Positions 26,031 through 39,796 of a stretch of DNA of 64,000 bases are shown here, piece after piece. The notes beneath the pieces are model-generated. The model was not told the DNA's origin. It saw only the letters and a program-made list of their open reading frames with translations, and did not search any database. The number at the start of each line of letters is the position of its first letter. Position 1 is the first letter of the stretch. The DNA lies in assembly GCA_030390025.1 (NCBI GenBank), contig CM059432.1:13082001-13146000 (forward strand). Reading direction: 5' to 3'. The DNA is from Squalus acanthias. Its lineage: Eukaryota. The position numbers and the translations under genes are program-made.

Positions 26031-27900
26031 AACTAAAGTTGGCAACATATCTACTGAAGAACAGGGATAGTCGCACAAATACTTTCCATCTGACTAAGAA
26101 TTGTTCTAATCATAAGATACTAGAGTGCCACCTAATGTCAAATGTTAGAATTTGGCTGGCTTTCTGTAAACAGTTATGCTGTGTATAAAAATTAGAATGA
26201 GACAATATTAGCATGCTGATTTCCTGGTCATGGTGACCTTTTATTGTTTTCTTTAGAGCCAAACTTAAACCACAAACCCTTTAAACAACTAACTACCTTG
26301 AGCGTGTACCACAAGTGATTGCCAGCAATTGGACAGGTGACTTCCAGCTGGATACTGCTGGAGGTTACACTGTAGCAACAAGAAACTAATACATAAGAGT
26401 TTTATTGTACTTACATGGCCAAAATTTAATCAAACATTGAAAGCAACTACAATTTTCTATCTAAAAAGCGTAGAAGCTTAAACATAGCAAACCAAATTTG
26501 TAGAACACGTTTTCTGGTAGATCACTCATACACGTCATTTATTGCACAAGAAAGGAGTATTCAGTAACAAGTCATGACCGTCTTACAAAGTAAAAACAGA
26601 ACCTCACTATATACTGTTTGTAATGGAATTTAAAAATACACATTTAGTTTGGTGCTAAATGCATGTTATTTTGAATTATTCAGAAACCAAGTTTATTTTA
26701 GAAGCTAGCAACACACTACAACATTCATTCAAGACACGATCGAATATAGCGTAGGAACGAGGCTCTTCAAATTTGCATTACAATGACTTCATTATATGAA
26801 GTTATATTCCACATAACTGATATATGTATATCATAGCTTGTGAAATGTGGGAACCCTCTAGGTCAGGTCATTACCTACCATTTCTAGATTACTTTCTGGA
26901 ATAAAATCTAATCCAATGCCATTTCCGGTCAAGGTCAGCAAGACTGTGTAGAGATCTGATCACTGGGGGGCTGTACACAGCTTTCAACTTTCTTTTCTGG
27001 TGGTGAATTTTCACTTCCTCCAGCGCTGATCTCCATTCAGTTGACTGTAACTATGATCCCTGACAATATCTGGTCTCCCCAGTGAGTAAAGCTGAAAATT
27101 ATTGAATATGAACTTGAAAAGCACTGCTCTAAAGGTCACTATTCCACAACAGAGAATTACTGTTCAGAATTCCTCAAGGCAATCTTCATTCAAATTTACC
27201 TCGCCTCAGAAGGTCCCTGAAGTGACTCAGAGACTGATCGAGTAATCTCTTGGTCACTTGCTCGCTGAGGGCAGCTAATTTCTTTTTTAAATAAATGTCC
27301 CAGCCAATTTTTCTCCTTTCCCCTCCTGAAGGGGAATATTCCTTGCTGGGGTGGCACTAATCACACCCCATACCTTACCCAGGAAGTCGTTTGTTCAAGA
27401 GCCTCAATAAGGAGAGTCTTTCAGGCTATTCTTCCACAACAGGATAGGAAGGTATCATCAAATCAAACGCTGATTCTGTCCTCATCTGATGATGTCTTTC
27501 GACAATGGGTCGCTGGATAGAAAGAGAGCAGGAACCTGGTTTGATTTTCCATTCCCAAGGCGGAGGTTATAGCTCTCCTACTGCTGCCCTGGCCATCAGC
27601 TATTTAGACAGAAGAGTTGCACCTCAGACAATCCTTGTTTATATGACTCAGCTACTCAAGAGATAAAACTCATGGAATGGGTGGACATGTGGCAGATGAA
27701 ATTTAACATAGAAAAGTGCTAAGTGATACATTTTGGTAAGAAGAACGAGGAGAGGCAATATAAACTAAAGGATACAATGCTAAAGGGGTGCGTGAACAGA
27801 GAGACCTGGGGGTATATGTGCACAAATCGTTGAAGGTGGCAGGGCAGGTTGAGAAAGCTGTTAAAAAAGCTTACGGAATCCTGGGCTTCATAAATAGAGG

Positions 27901-28699
27901 TCATGATGCGGAGATGCCGGTGTTGGACTGGGGTGGACAAAATTGAGAGGTCGCACAACACCAGGTTATAGTCCAACAGTTTTATTTGAAATCACAAGCT
28001 TTCGGAGCTTACTACTCCTTCGTCGGGTGAAGTAAAAAGATACAAAATCGCCAAAGCATATATAGATAGAGAACAATGCATGTGTACCTTACAATTGCAG
28101 ACAACTAAATTAAATCATCCTGACTATCTGCCGAGGTGTGATAAAGTTAATCAGGTCAGCCAGGAAGGTACCACATCAAAGACATAGCAAGATACAACTG
28201 AGACAATGAGGTGGAGTCGCAGGGGGTCTAACGTGTCAAAAGCTGCCGTCTGTATGTAAAACGATAAGCTTTAAAATTTTTACTTTTTTTACTGGGTTGT
28301 TGGCTTGTTCACAGATGTGATTCCCAGTAAAAAAGTAAAAATTTTCCCAGTAAAAAAGTAAAAATTTTAAAGCTTAGCGTTTTACATACAGACGGCAGCT
28401 TTTGACACGTTAGACCCCCTGCGACTCCACCTCATTGTCTCAGTTGTATCTTGCTATGTCTTTGATGTGGTACCTTCCTGGCTGACCTGATTAACTTTAT
28501 CACACCTCGGCAGATAGTCAGGATGATTTAATTTAGTTGTCTGCAATTGTAAGGTACACATGCATTGTTCTCTATCTATATATGCTTTGGCGATTCTGTA
28601 TCTTTTTACTTCACCCGACGAAGGAGTAGTAAGCTCCGAAAGCTTGTGATTTCAAATAAAACTGTTGGACTATAACCTGGTGTTGTGCGACCTCTCAAT
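27901..28699. mobile_element. Penelope-like inverted pLTR pair (about 355-bp arms)
   Basis: 27941-28296 is the near-perfect reverse complement of 28346-28700; matches 59720-60128; TSD TTCATAAATAGAG (27887-27899 and 28700-28712). Confidence 0.92.
28610..28649 (+). ncRNA. Hammerhead ribozyme motif with variant core CCGACGA (mirror copy on the minus strand at 27992-28031)
   Basis: ttcac-CCGACGA-a-ggagu(aguaa)gcucc-GAA-AGCU-U-guga. Confidence 0.55.
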
Positions 28700-29466
28700 T
28701 TCATAAATAGAGACAGAGTACAAAAGCAAGCAAGTTATGAACAACCTTTATAAAACACTGGTTCGGCCTCAACTGGAGTATTGTGTCCAATTCTGGGCAC
28801 TGCACTTTAGGAAGGATGTAAAGACCTTAGAGAGGGTGCAGAAAAGATTTACAATAATGGTTCCAGGGATGAGAGACTTCAGTTACGTGGATAGACTGGA
28901 GAAGCTGAAGTGTTCTCCTTAGAGCAGAGAAGGTTGAGAGGAGATCTGATAGAGGTGTTCAAAATCATGAGGGGTCTAGACAGAGTAGATAGAGGAAACT
29001 GTTCCCATTGGCAGAAGGGTCGAGGAACAGAGGACACAGATTTAAGGTGATTAGCAGAAGAACCAAAGGCGACATGAGGAAAAACCTTTTTACACAGCGA
29101 GTGGCTAGGACCTGGAATGCCACTGCCTGAAAGGGTGGCAGAGGCAGATTCAATCGTGGCTTTCAAAAGGGAATTGGATAAGTACCTTAAGGAAAAAAAT
29201 TGGCAGGGCTACGGGGAAAAGGCAGGGGAGTGAGACTCGCTGAGGTGCTCTTTCAGAGAGCCGGCACGGGCTCGACGGGCCGAATGGCCTCCTTCTGTGT
29301 TGTAACCATTCTATGATTCTAACCATTGGATGCCTGATTTGGTACTATGCCATACAGACCAGCGGTTTTCAGGTTCAATTTCTGGTGTGCGTTGAGCTTG
29401 CTGATCTCAGCTCTGACTGCAGTCAGGTGGTACAATTAGCCTCAGCACCTCAAGTTGGGGGTGAGG

Positions 29467-29467
<1 letters not shown>

Positions 29468-29504
<37 letters not shown>
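29468..29504. repeat. (GA)n microsatellite inside an old SINE-like repeat
   Basis: Read directly from the sequence. Confidence 0.9.
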
Positions 29505-29509
<5 letters not shown>

Positions 29510-31714
29510 CAAACAATAGCCAGGGTTTCTGCTCCTGATTAGTATCCAGTGGCTTCTGCAGGAACGTATATGTGCAACCATCAGGAATAGGATTGGACTC
29601 AACTGTGATGCCCAGTAAATAGCATGCAAATCCTTACCCAAGCTCTCATTAAAAATAGCCACTTGGGCAGGGTACTCTGGCAGCCAGTGATCCATAATGC
29701 AATAGAAATCAGCAGCATCAAGAAAAGAAGGAAGTTGGAAAGGTGAGTGAGAGAAACAAATTTTCAAAAAGAAAAGCAAGCAGATTTATGGCAGCCCTAT
29801 AACCCATCAGTAAACTATCTACCACCCAACCATGGAGTTGGGATAGATGCCCAGAGCAGTCAGTTCAATCCAAAAAGAGAGAAGTTGGAGACTCTTTATT
29901 TCCAGCCACATGATTAGACAGACTATCGGTCATGTGGAAGCGCACCGTCTCGAGGGAAATAAAACCAGAGAATGTCTAGCTTTCTCTCGCTTCTGTGGTA
30001 ATGCTAATCATAACATGGCATTGACTGAAATCATAGAATCATACAGCACAGAAGGAGGCCATTCAGCCCATTGTGCCAATGGAAATTGTGGTTAAACTAC
30101 AGAAGCAAAATTGACCAGACTTTCTGGTCATGCAGAATCAGGTACAGCAGCAATAATGAACTTGAGCAACCAGGATAATGAAGCTGGAATAGTTATAACT
30201 GAAATGCAAGACAGTTTCAGTATCAAAAGGCTGCTCAAATTGCAGAGTAAAGGTTAAAGCATTTCCAGAAGTCATTAGAAACTGCTCAGCTTACAACCTT
30301 CATTTTTCAAGGGTTATAATATAGTGGATCTCCCGTGTTATCGCACAGTGAGTCAGAGAATATGCTGGTTTCTTTCATTTAATGCTCAATTTTTATCTCA
30401 AACTCTGTTTCTTGTTTTTTTTTTTAAAGTACAGGAAACGGAACAATATGATAGACAAGAAGTGCCAGACTGGAGATAGGTACCTGGCATTTAGGAGTAT
30501 GGAGGAAGGGTTGTTAAATTTAGCAGCATTGACTGAGTGGTCTTGGAGTTTGGCAGCACTGCAGAGGGAGAATCAGACCTTCAGCAGGACTAGCAATATG
30601 ACTCACAGAGTGGGTGAAGGGGGTTCACTGGGATCTCAGCACAAACAGCATTCTCACCAGTCAGGAGGGAGGGTGCCTGGATTAGAGTGGCACTGGAAAA
30701 GAGGGCCTGGCTGCAGTAATGAGGTAAATCCCAGGATTTGGCAGAATTGGAGAGTTGGGTTCCAGGATGTGTGGTTGGTGGGAGGGGGAGGGAGGGAGGA
30801 GAGTGGAGGGGCGAGCAAAGAAGATTCTACGGTCTGTCCAGCATGGTTGGGGGGGGGGGGGAGAAAGAGAAGAGGCTCCCAGATCAATGGGATGTAGATC
30901 AATGAGTCTAGCAGCACTGAGGGAGCCAGGCAGAAAATCGCTCTTCCCACTGTCATGGGCACTTACGCCACCAATCCGGCACTGCCAGACTCTAGACCTC
31001 ATTCCTTCCTATGTACTGTCCAACATACTGTACCACAACTCCTGCTTGTTCCAGGGCAATAGGCACAATGTTGAGCTCATCATGCTTGCTATATACTAAC
31101 TACCAAGCTGCAGGTGAACAGGAGCTGCACCACTACAGATTACCCAAATTTAACATTACAGCTGAAGCTGGAAACGTAATTTTTTATTTATAGACGAGTA
31201 GAATGATTAGCAATTCTACCACTTACAGCAATCAACGGACACCATTCTTTCAAAAAATGAAACCACGATCTTGTACATTATAAATCAGTACCACACTTTG
31301 TGAACACTTACTTGAAAGGATGGTGACGGTCTCAAATTGGATTATACCGAGTGGTATTATACAGGCTCTTCCCAAGTCGCCCAATACAGTGAGTCATAAT
31401 CTGTCTGGGAAAGGTGAAGAAAACTAGAGGGCGAGTCAACTCATGCCACTATTGTACATCTCGTACCAGCTGATCAGACAGCAGCATAGGCACCTGGTCA
31501 CCTTTGTCTAGGAAGAGTGCATGGAGTGGAGACTTGGGAAGGGGGGGGGGGGAGGAAAAGAGATGAAGAGGTAAAGAGATAACAAAGTAACATTTTAACA
31601 AAGGCATTCAAGTCCATAAATTCTACATAATCAATGACAAGAAACCGGAGGTATAATTTTGTTAAAATAAGCGAGACAGAAAAAAAACACACAGTAGTTT
31701 AACATGTTAAAGAT

Positions 31715-31720
31715 TTTATT
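31715..31720 (-). terminator. Putative polyadenylation signal of the VAPA-like gene
   Basis: AATAAA on the minus strand about 580 nt after the stop codon, followed by a GU/U-rich tract (ctgtgtgttttttt). Confidence 0.55.
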
Positions 31721-32295
31721 TTCGTTAAATACCATGGGACAGGATTGGTAAGAATGGAGAGCTTTCAATCAACATTTGCCTCACAGGGGATGTTTCTGTG
31801 GCTAGGGAGAAACTCTGCATTGATAAACTGGTCAGCCTTCAGCAGCAAGGAAAGGAAGGGGGTAATTTACAAGGAGGCACCTTTTTTTTCAGTACATCTC
31901 TCATCACTGGTAAACAAGTGGCATGAGCAACCTGACTATAAAATGAAGAATTTCAAGAGGTAATCCAGCAACAGGTAACAAAATTTAAAAGGATTAAAAT
32001 AACATTTACAAGACACTTAACATTTCATTCAACTCTTATTAAACCACAGAGAGAACAACTCATTATTTCCAAGGACCTTTATGTGAAACCTTGAGACACC
32101 TGCTATTGATGTTTTGACAATGTACAACTCCAATTATCCAAGAACTGAAAGTAATTTGTGTGTTCTAACCGGGTGAGATCATTAAAGGCAAGGCCTGTAA
32201 GATGCTGTACACAAACATGGTCACTGTGAGCCATACTACCAATGATATGGCAGATCAACAGGACATTTCAGGCCTCAATAACTTGCATGCTTCCT

Positions 32296-32457
32296 CTACA
32301 AGATGAATTTCCCTAGAAAGAATCCAATGAAAATGGCTGCAATTACAACAAGGAGGGAGGGAAGAGCAGTGGAGCCGTTGTCTCTGTTTGCAACATTAGA
32401 TGTGGAAGACACTGGGTTGCCTGACTGAGCTGCCTTCCTCAGCCTCAGTCCATCATC
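32296..32457 (-). CDS. VAPA: VAPA(-like) last coding exon, containing the TM anchor
   Basis: ttctctttag acceptor, then [53 protein letters not shown]; the C-terminus matches the VAPA tail anchor. Confidence 0.93.
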   Translation of the reverse strand, partial: DDGLRLRKAAQSGNPVSSTSNVANRDNGSTALPSLLVVIAAIFIGFFLGKFIL

Positions 32458-34007
32458 CTAAAGAGAACAAAACAGTAGAGTTACAATGGAAATGCACCGC
32501 GTTAGGCAGCATCTCACAAATTCTCATAATTAGTCCAAACAGTGAGAATTTAGTTTTGTATCAACAGCCATTTGGCTCTTACCACCAATTGGTTTGCAGG
32601 CCACTGAATTACAGGTACCAGAAACTGCATTGTACCCCGTATTTTTTCATTTTTTAAAAAAATATATATATATAAACATTCTACATTTCATGCAAAGCTT
32701 AGTCTCAAGACAGGTCAACTACAAGCATCAAGTGGAAACAAGTTGCTTCTCCACACCAGGAAAACATCTGGAAAGGCAATCACTGGCCTGTTTTTGGGCC
32801 CCACCAAGTGGTCAGTTCTAGAGCAGATTTGACAGCAGCAGGAATAAGTCATCTCTGCTTTCGGTTGTGGAATGACGCATGGTTTTTGAATGGCAGAACA
32901 GTACAGATTAAGTTTCACCATATATCCTATAGACCATAATATATAAATTTACACACAGATGGATAAATATTTTAATTGTCTATTTATGAGGGTTAATGTC
33001 TCAGTTATGTGCTCAAATCCTTTCCAACAATATTTTCATTCCTTCAGTTTGTACAGGAGGTGGGGGCAAGAAAGAGTCTGTGTATTAGCCACAATATTGA
33101 CTCAAAAGCTTGAAGACCAAAAATCATTTTTACAGTCAAAAAAGTAAGTCATTTAATTCTGATGAGACACAATCCAAAAGTTTAGTCTCAGATTATAACT
33201 GTTCCATATGACCTTTGCTTTCGTGGGAAAGTCCACCAGAAACTTGCAAAGATAAATAAATTCCAACTCCGAGCGTTCAGAAAAGCTTTTGGAAAATTTC
33301 AAACAGGAAAATTTGAATTTGAACCAAAGGCAACAAGCTGGACGAGTGCCAGTCCAGGGCAAGCATACTCTGAGGATCCCATTCAGTCTCCTTTTCAAAA
33401 GGAGGATAATTGTCATCTGGTTCAAATGGAACACATTCCAGAATTGTGAAGGAATTGAGTGAGAAAACAAGTGAGGTTCAAGAGTTAATATTTTGGGGGC
33501 TCCACCCAAGTCAGGGGTTAGGAAATACTTTCCCAATAATCAAAAAAAACCTACAACCTAATATTCTAGTAGGAAAAATAATCAGCAGCATTTTACTGGA
33601 TACTAAACGCGACAGAACCCATGAGTAGTTAGCATGGCTTCAGAAGCAAAAGGGCATGCATCGCACAAAATTACTGGTATTGTAGGAGGAGGTAATTATA
33701 TTAGTGGATAAAGGTTAGCCAGTGGGTGCGAGTTACTTGGAATTTTTAGACAGCATCTGATAAAGTTCAGTATGTGATGCTTTTAAAAAGTCTCATGGAA
33801 TTGATGCAATTAATTAGCTGGATTACACATGGGGTAAGAAACAGAAAGCAGATGATGAAAAATGGAAAACGCTCTGCCTGGCCATGGCGCAGTAAGAAAT
33901 GAGAGTTAAGTGTGGGTCTCTTTTACGTCTGCTGCTGCTCATCATAATATTGTGAAGGAAGAGTAGTTCTGAATATGAAGATAACACCAAGCTTTGTGTC
34001 CAGGTGA

Positions 34008-34492
34008 CTTTTACAATTTACCAAAACAGAAGAAACAAATTAAAGTTAGCATATGAAAAAATATAAAAGTGCATTACAATCTCTGATCTTCATAAGTGCA
34101 TAATTGGGTGCTCAATTATTCAAATACCCTGAAATGTGCTAGGGATATTTATAGCATTCAAAAGGGATCTAGATTAATTAAGCAGATTTTATTACTGACA
34201 ATCAGAAGGGAACACATTTTAGAACAGCAAATATATGTTCATAATAAAAAAGTGCTCATTGTTCATAATAAAAAATGTTCATGAACAGAAAACAAAAAAG
34301 GATTAGGGTACAATTACTGACCATTTACTCAGTGACCAGTCAATGTGAAACTAAACAAAGCTACATTTCAGGGTATTTGAATAATTGAGCACCCAATTAT
34401 GCACTTGTGAAGATCAGAGATTGTAATGCACTTTTATATTTTTTCATATGCTAACTTTCATTTGTTTCTTCTGATTTGGTAAATTGTAAAAG
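34008..34492. repeat. 130-bp inverted duplication with a 225-bp spacer
   Basis: 34008-34137 is the reverse complement of 34363-34492 with about 3 mismatches. Confidence 0.9.
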
Positions 34493-35744
34493 CTGCGCAA
34501 AAATGCAGAGGTGCAATTTTAACTAGAAACGGTCAAGCATGCAGATTAAGCAAAAAAGTTGGTAAGAATCGGTTTGATTTGGAAGTCAAAGTGAACTCCT
34601 GTAACAAAAACACGCACACGGACTCGGTGCTGAAGGGCTGGAAGCAGAATACGTAGTGTAAATCCAATCCTTAAAAAGTTCAGGAATGGGATGCTGGAAA
34701 TTATAGGCATTATTTTGAACTCTACAGAGTAGAAAAAATTAGTCCAATGCAAGGAAGCATTCAAAAGCAGCTCGAATAAAGGCAATAACTCCAAGTTAAC
34801 ACAAGTTTATTTTAATTTTGCATGCAACTAGAAAATCGATAAAGGGAAGATGATTTCGAAAGTGTATTTAATAAGGTTTCTCCAGTATTGTGGCTGAAAC
34901 AAAACTGTACAAGAGCCACTATCAATGCTGTAAATTTGGTTGGCAAGATAGAAGAAAACAGTACTGCTGTCAATGGTAGTAGTTCCAACTTGTGATCTAA
35001 AATTACTCACATTAAGAACTAGGGTAAAGGATAAATTTGTTGTTTTAAAATAATTTCATAATGTGGTAGTAGATGGAGAAGTGTCATATGGAAGTAGGAG
35101 AGCTAGCAGACACGTATATAACAAAACTAAATCTTGAGTATCTTTCACACTTTGAGCCCATTTACAGAATGTAGGGCAGTTAACAGTCTTCAAAAGCATT
35201 AAAAAATATCAATATTCCTGACTTAGCACCAAGTCAGACGACAAATCAGAATCAACAGCTGTTAACTTCAAAGCAACGGTTTTCTGTTTCAGCCTGTTTA
35301 CTGGTAGATCATTCTCTAACAGGTTAGAGAAACTTCTTCTGTACTTAGTAACCAAATTTACACTCTAAATAGATAATAGCAATGTTCCACCTCCTGTCAA
35401 CAAAGCATAACTTGGGAATTCCAGATGGCTTTAGATGAAAAGAACACTGTTGACAGCTGGCATTTATGAGACACAAGAGACTTGCAAAGCTTTCAAAATC
35501 TCATGGCAAACAGCAGGGATGACCATAAATCCAGGCAAGTAGCCTGTTAATCCCAGATTTTGTTGGTTTAATAAGGCTGGTCTGAAACCAAGGCTTGTTT
35601 AGTTTGGTCTTGAATTTGATGGAAATATGAACCCCAAAAACAAAATCAAAACTAGGGAGAAAGAGTTAGGAAGGAGTCTCTACTTCTGAATTATATTCAG
35701 TTGGGCAGTGATTTTAATGAAGATCTTTGCAGTTGTATCCAAGT

Positions 35745-37250
35745 CAACAACTTACATAATATTTTGCTTTTTACATACACAACTTTCCACTGCACGTTAC
35801 AGAATAATAGCAAAAGGAATGGAAACACCAAAAAGGAGGCAGAGTTTAGGGGTGGGATTGTAAAAATGGGATTTAAGAACGTTCTTAAAGGAGAGGGGGT
35901 AGAGCAGCAAAGGAATCGCAGGAGGGAGTTCCAGAAATAGAAGGGCGGAGGTGGCTAAAAACTTTGCCATCACTAGTGAGACAAATGTGAGACGCAAAGG
36001 CAGCCAAAATCAGAATAGTGCAAGGAGGGGTTTGCAGAGATAGAGCGGAGTGACGCCATGGAGAGACTGAAGACAAGGATTTTAAATTTAATGTGATGGG
36101 AGAGGGGAAGCTAGTAGGTTTGAGAGGAGTAATGATGGACTAGGCATAGTGTAGGACAGGATATGTACAACTGAATTTTGAAGAAGTTGGAGTTTATAGA
36201 ACATCAACAAAGAGAGATGCATTGGAAGAGTTAAGCCTGGAGGTGACAAAAGTAGAGTGGTTCGGCAGTACAGTAACCAAGGTAGTGTTGCAGAGGTAGA
36301 AATAAGCAGTCTTGGTGATTGAGGGAATATCAGATTTGAAGCTCAGCTCAGGGTTGAAGAGGACACCAACCCTACGCATGATTTTGTTACGCCTGAGAGG
36401 GAGATAGAATTAATGTCGAGGGATGATGCTGCAGAGGGGCTAAGGACAAAGTTGCACAGAAAGAAATAGACAATCTTGATGATAGACAGGATGTGGGTTT
36501 GAAACTCATCTTAGTATTGAACAGGATGCTAAGATTTTGCAGTCTGGTTCAGTTTGAACAAGTAACTAGGAAAGAGGTTGGAATCAGTGGCAAGGGAGCA
36601 GATTTTAAGGCAGGGGTCTTCTCTTTTCAAGTTAGTGGAAGTTGATGCTTATCCATGATTTGATGGTGGACAGGCAACAACTTGCATTTATAGAGCACTT
36701 TTAATGTAGTAAAATGTTCCAAGGCAATCTGACATTAGGGAAGTTGTCACAGGAAGTGAGTGAGGTGAAGATATAGATGGGTGTCATCAGAATACATATA
36801 GAAACCATCACCAAAGAGCAGCTTCTAGATGAATGAAGAAAGGGACAAGTATAGATCCTTGGGGATCCCAGATATGATGGTACATTGGTGTGAAGAGAAG
36901 TAATTGCTGCAAATGCACAGTCTGCAGTCAGATAGGTAGGAGTGGAACCAGGTTAAAGATAGTTCCAGAGGAGATGCAACATATTAAATGCTGCAGTCAA
37001 GGTTAAAAAGGGAGAGAAGTCGAGGTTAACAATGAAGGATAATGTGTCACAGTCAAGAAAATAATTTTGTAACATTGACCAGGGCCATCTTGGTGCGGTG
37101 AGCAGGGCGGAAACCAGACTGAAAGGATTCAAACTGAGGTTTGGCAGGGACCTGGGAGGTGATAATGCATTCAAGAATCTTAGAGTGGACAGAGAGGAAA
37201 TGAAATATGAGCTATTAGAAACACGAGCTACAGCAATATAAATTTCCATA
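35745..37250 (-). mobile_element. Degraded L2 LINE(s)
   Basis: Remnants GVLFNPELSFKSDI.SITKTAYF and LTAAFN; L2-type 3' ends. Confidence 0.65.
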
Positions 37251-37286
37251 GGCAGTGGAGATTTGTGGGGCGGGAGGAAAGAGAAA

Positions 37287-37726
37287 GAAAGACTTGCATT
37301 TATATAGTGCCTTTCACGACCTCAGGAGGTCCCAAAGCGCTTAACAGCCAATGAAGCACTTTTGAAGTGCAGTCACTGTTGTAATGTGGAAATGCAGCAG
37401 CCAATTTGGGCACAGCAAACTCCCACAAACAAAGACGAAATAAATGTCCAAATCATTTGTTTATATGGTTAGTTGAGGGATAAATGTTGGCCAGGACACC
37501 TGGAGAACTCCCTTGCTCTTTGAATAGTACCCTTTTACGTCCGCCTGAGATGGCAGACGGGGCCTCGGTTTAACATCTCAGCCAAAAGGCAACACCTCCA
37601 ACAGTGCACCATTCTCAGTACTACTGCATTTCAGCCTAGATTATGTGCTCAAGTCTCTGCAGTGGAACTTGAACCCACAACCTTCTGACTCAGTCAAGGA
37701 TGCTACCACTGAGCCACAGCTGACAC
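37287..37726 (-). mobile_element. tRNA-derived SINE (Deu/SacSINE1-like)
   Basis: Paralogue of 11067-11527. Confidence 0.8.
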
Positions 37727-38213
37727 TTAACAGCTATTTGTCATGAGCTACATGATGGCTATTTGTCATGACATTTGTTGAGTTATTGGTTATTAAACAG
37801 GAAGTTATTGCAAGTAAATCCATCATCATTTAAAATCTTAAAAGGACTAAGGGGGAAAAATTCAGTTGGTTGCGCCTCCCGTTAGCGCCTTAAGAGGCGC
37901 TAATGGGACGCAAAGCCACTAACGCCCGGGCGCAGCGATGTTTGCGCCGCTCGGGAACTTAACTAGACATTGTGCGGCGGCGCTAAACTTTACCGCTGCG
38001 ACCACCTGCACGCGCAGATTGTGACGTCATTCCATGGTGCAACGCCCTTGTGGCGCCCCGGAGCGGAAATTGAGTGGCGCCCCCTGCCTTACCGCCTGGC
38101 GCATCCAGCGACCGGAAGACTGGAACGCTATCAATCGCTGTGGGGCGGGGGCGCTATTTAAAGGGGGCCTCTTCCTGTCTTTTTCTGTGGTCAACATTTT
38201 TGCACCACTCGTT

Positions 38214-38253
<40 letters not shown>

Positions 38254-38372
38254 CGGAGAGAGAGAGAGACTTCTGCATTGAGTCAACGCTTTGTGAGGTA
38301 GTTTTGCCTACTGATCCTAACTTCGCTGGTACTTTGGTTGCTGTCCTTCATAACTTTGCTTGCAAAGAGACT

Positions 38373-39521
38373 ATGGGGGCTGCACTGAATGGGGGCGTCG
38401 TCCTGCTCCAGCTGAATCGGAGGACACAGAGACGCAGAGAGTGGCAATGATGGCCAGACGGAGGAGGGCCAACAGGCGTCTGTACAGGGTATATCGTGAA
38501 CAGCTCTCCTACATTCATTTGTCGGAGGAGCTGCGTTTGCGAAGGCTGCGATTCAGCAAGGAGGTTGTCACTGCGCTCTGCCACCTGCTGCAGCCAGATC
38601 TGCAGCCTCAACTGAGGTCCAGACGTCTCTGTCGGTGGCAGTGAAGGTCACAGTGGCTCTCAACTTCTATGCTACTGGCTCATTTCAAGCTGCTGCTGGG
38701 GACCTCGCCAATATCTCCCAGTTCGCGGTGCATTGCTGCATCCGGCAGGTCACAAATGCCCTCTTTAAAAGGAGACGAGAGTTCATCTCTTTTCCCCATG
38801 ACCCCAGACAAGCAGCGTGACCGCGCTCTGGGCTTTGCGAGGATAGCGGGCTTCCCCATGGTGCAGGGCGCCATTGACTGCACGCATGTGGCTTTGCGTG
38901 CTCCACATGAGAATGCCGAGGATTTCCGGAACAGAAATGGGTTCCATTCCTTGAATGTTCAGTTGGTCTGTGACCACAGACAGCTGATACTCGCTGTCAA
39001 TGCCCACTATCCTGGCAGCTGCCACGATGCTTTCATCCTGCGCCAGACTACTGTGGCAGAACTTTGAGGCACCGCATCAGCCAGTTGGTTGGCTTCTCGG
39101 GGACAAGGGGTATCCATTGAGCACCTGGCTGATGACACCGCTCCGTACGCCCAACACCCCTGCTGAGCTGCGGTACAACGAGAGCCATCAAGCTACCAGG
39201 AACATCATTGAGCGCACAATCGGCGTGCTGAAGCAACGGTTCCGCTGTCTCGACCATTCTGGAGGAGCCCTGCAGTACTCGCCTGAGCGAGTATCCAACT
39301 TCGTAGTTGTGTGCTGCATGTTGCATAACATGGCAATCGTCAGGACCCAGCCAATGCCACCAGGCCTTGGAGCACCACCAGAGGAGGAGGAGGAAGAGGA
39401 CGAGGAGGAGGAGGAAGAGGACGAGGAGGATGATCATCAGCAGCACCAAGGCGGGAGGGCGGCCCACAATGGTGAAACTGCAAGGGCCGTCCGTCAACGG
39501 CTGATAGCAAGCCGCTTCTAG
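38373..39521 (+). pseudogene. Harbinger DDE transposase (HARBI1-family nuclease) with about 4 frameshifts
   Basis: Motifs [61 protein letters not shown] and CCMLHN are spread over shifted frames (breaks near 38445, 38625, 38795, 39060); acidic C-terminal tail. Confidence 0.9.
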
Positions 39522-39796
39522 GGCCCCTGCTGTGGAAATGGCTTCTGCCATTGCTAACAACATCAATGAACCCAGCACGCAACCCCTAAGCCGGCCAAGG
39601 CACCAATGATTCCAAACACCAAACATGTATATTTTGAATACAAAAACTTATTTATTTTACAAACTCTGTGTGTGTCATTTCCTCATGACAAACTCATAGA
39701 AATAAACACAAAAAAAGTCATTAACATAACTGGTTCTCACAACCTGGAGATAATGTCCAAAACACTAGACAAAAGTTGGACCACGAGCCTCGGCCT

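Larger units (their letters stand above)
27670..29320 (+). mobile_element. CR1 3' part split by a Penelope insertion
   Basis: RT C-terminal coding sequence at 27670-27900 continues at 28700-29320 (LVRPQLEYCVQFW) and ends in an attctatgattct tail. Confidence 0.9.

Noticed and set aside
26878..27091. Exon-like segment on the minus strand (AG...GT), possibly an alternative VAPA terminal exon LYSLGRPD...WRK*
   Set aside because: Stop codons in all frames, a weak polypyrimidine tract and a position beyond the likely polyA site; cannot be supported without RNA data
38373..39521. Domesticated HARBI1 host gene
   Set aside because: It is frameshifted, flanked by TIRs and a TSD, paired with a Myb ORF and has MITE relatives, so it is a transposon copy
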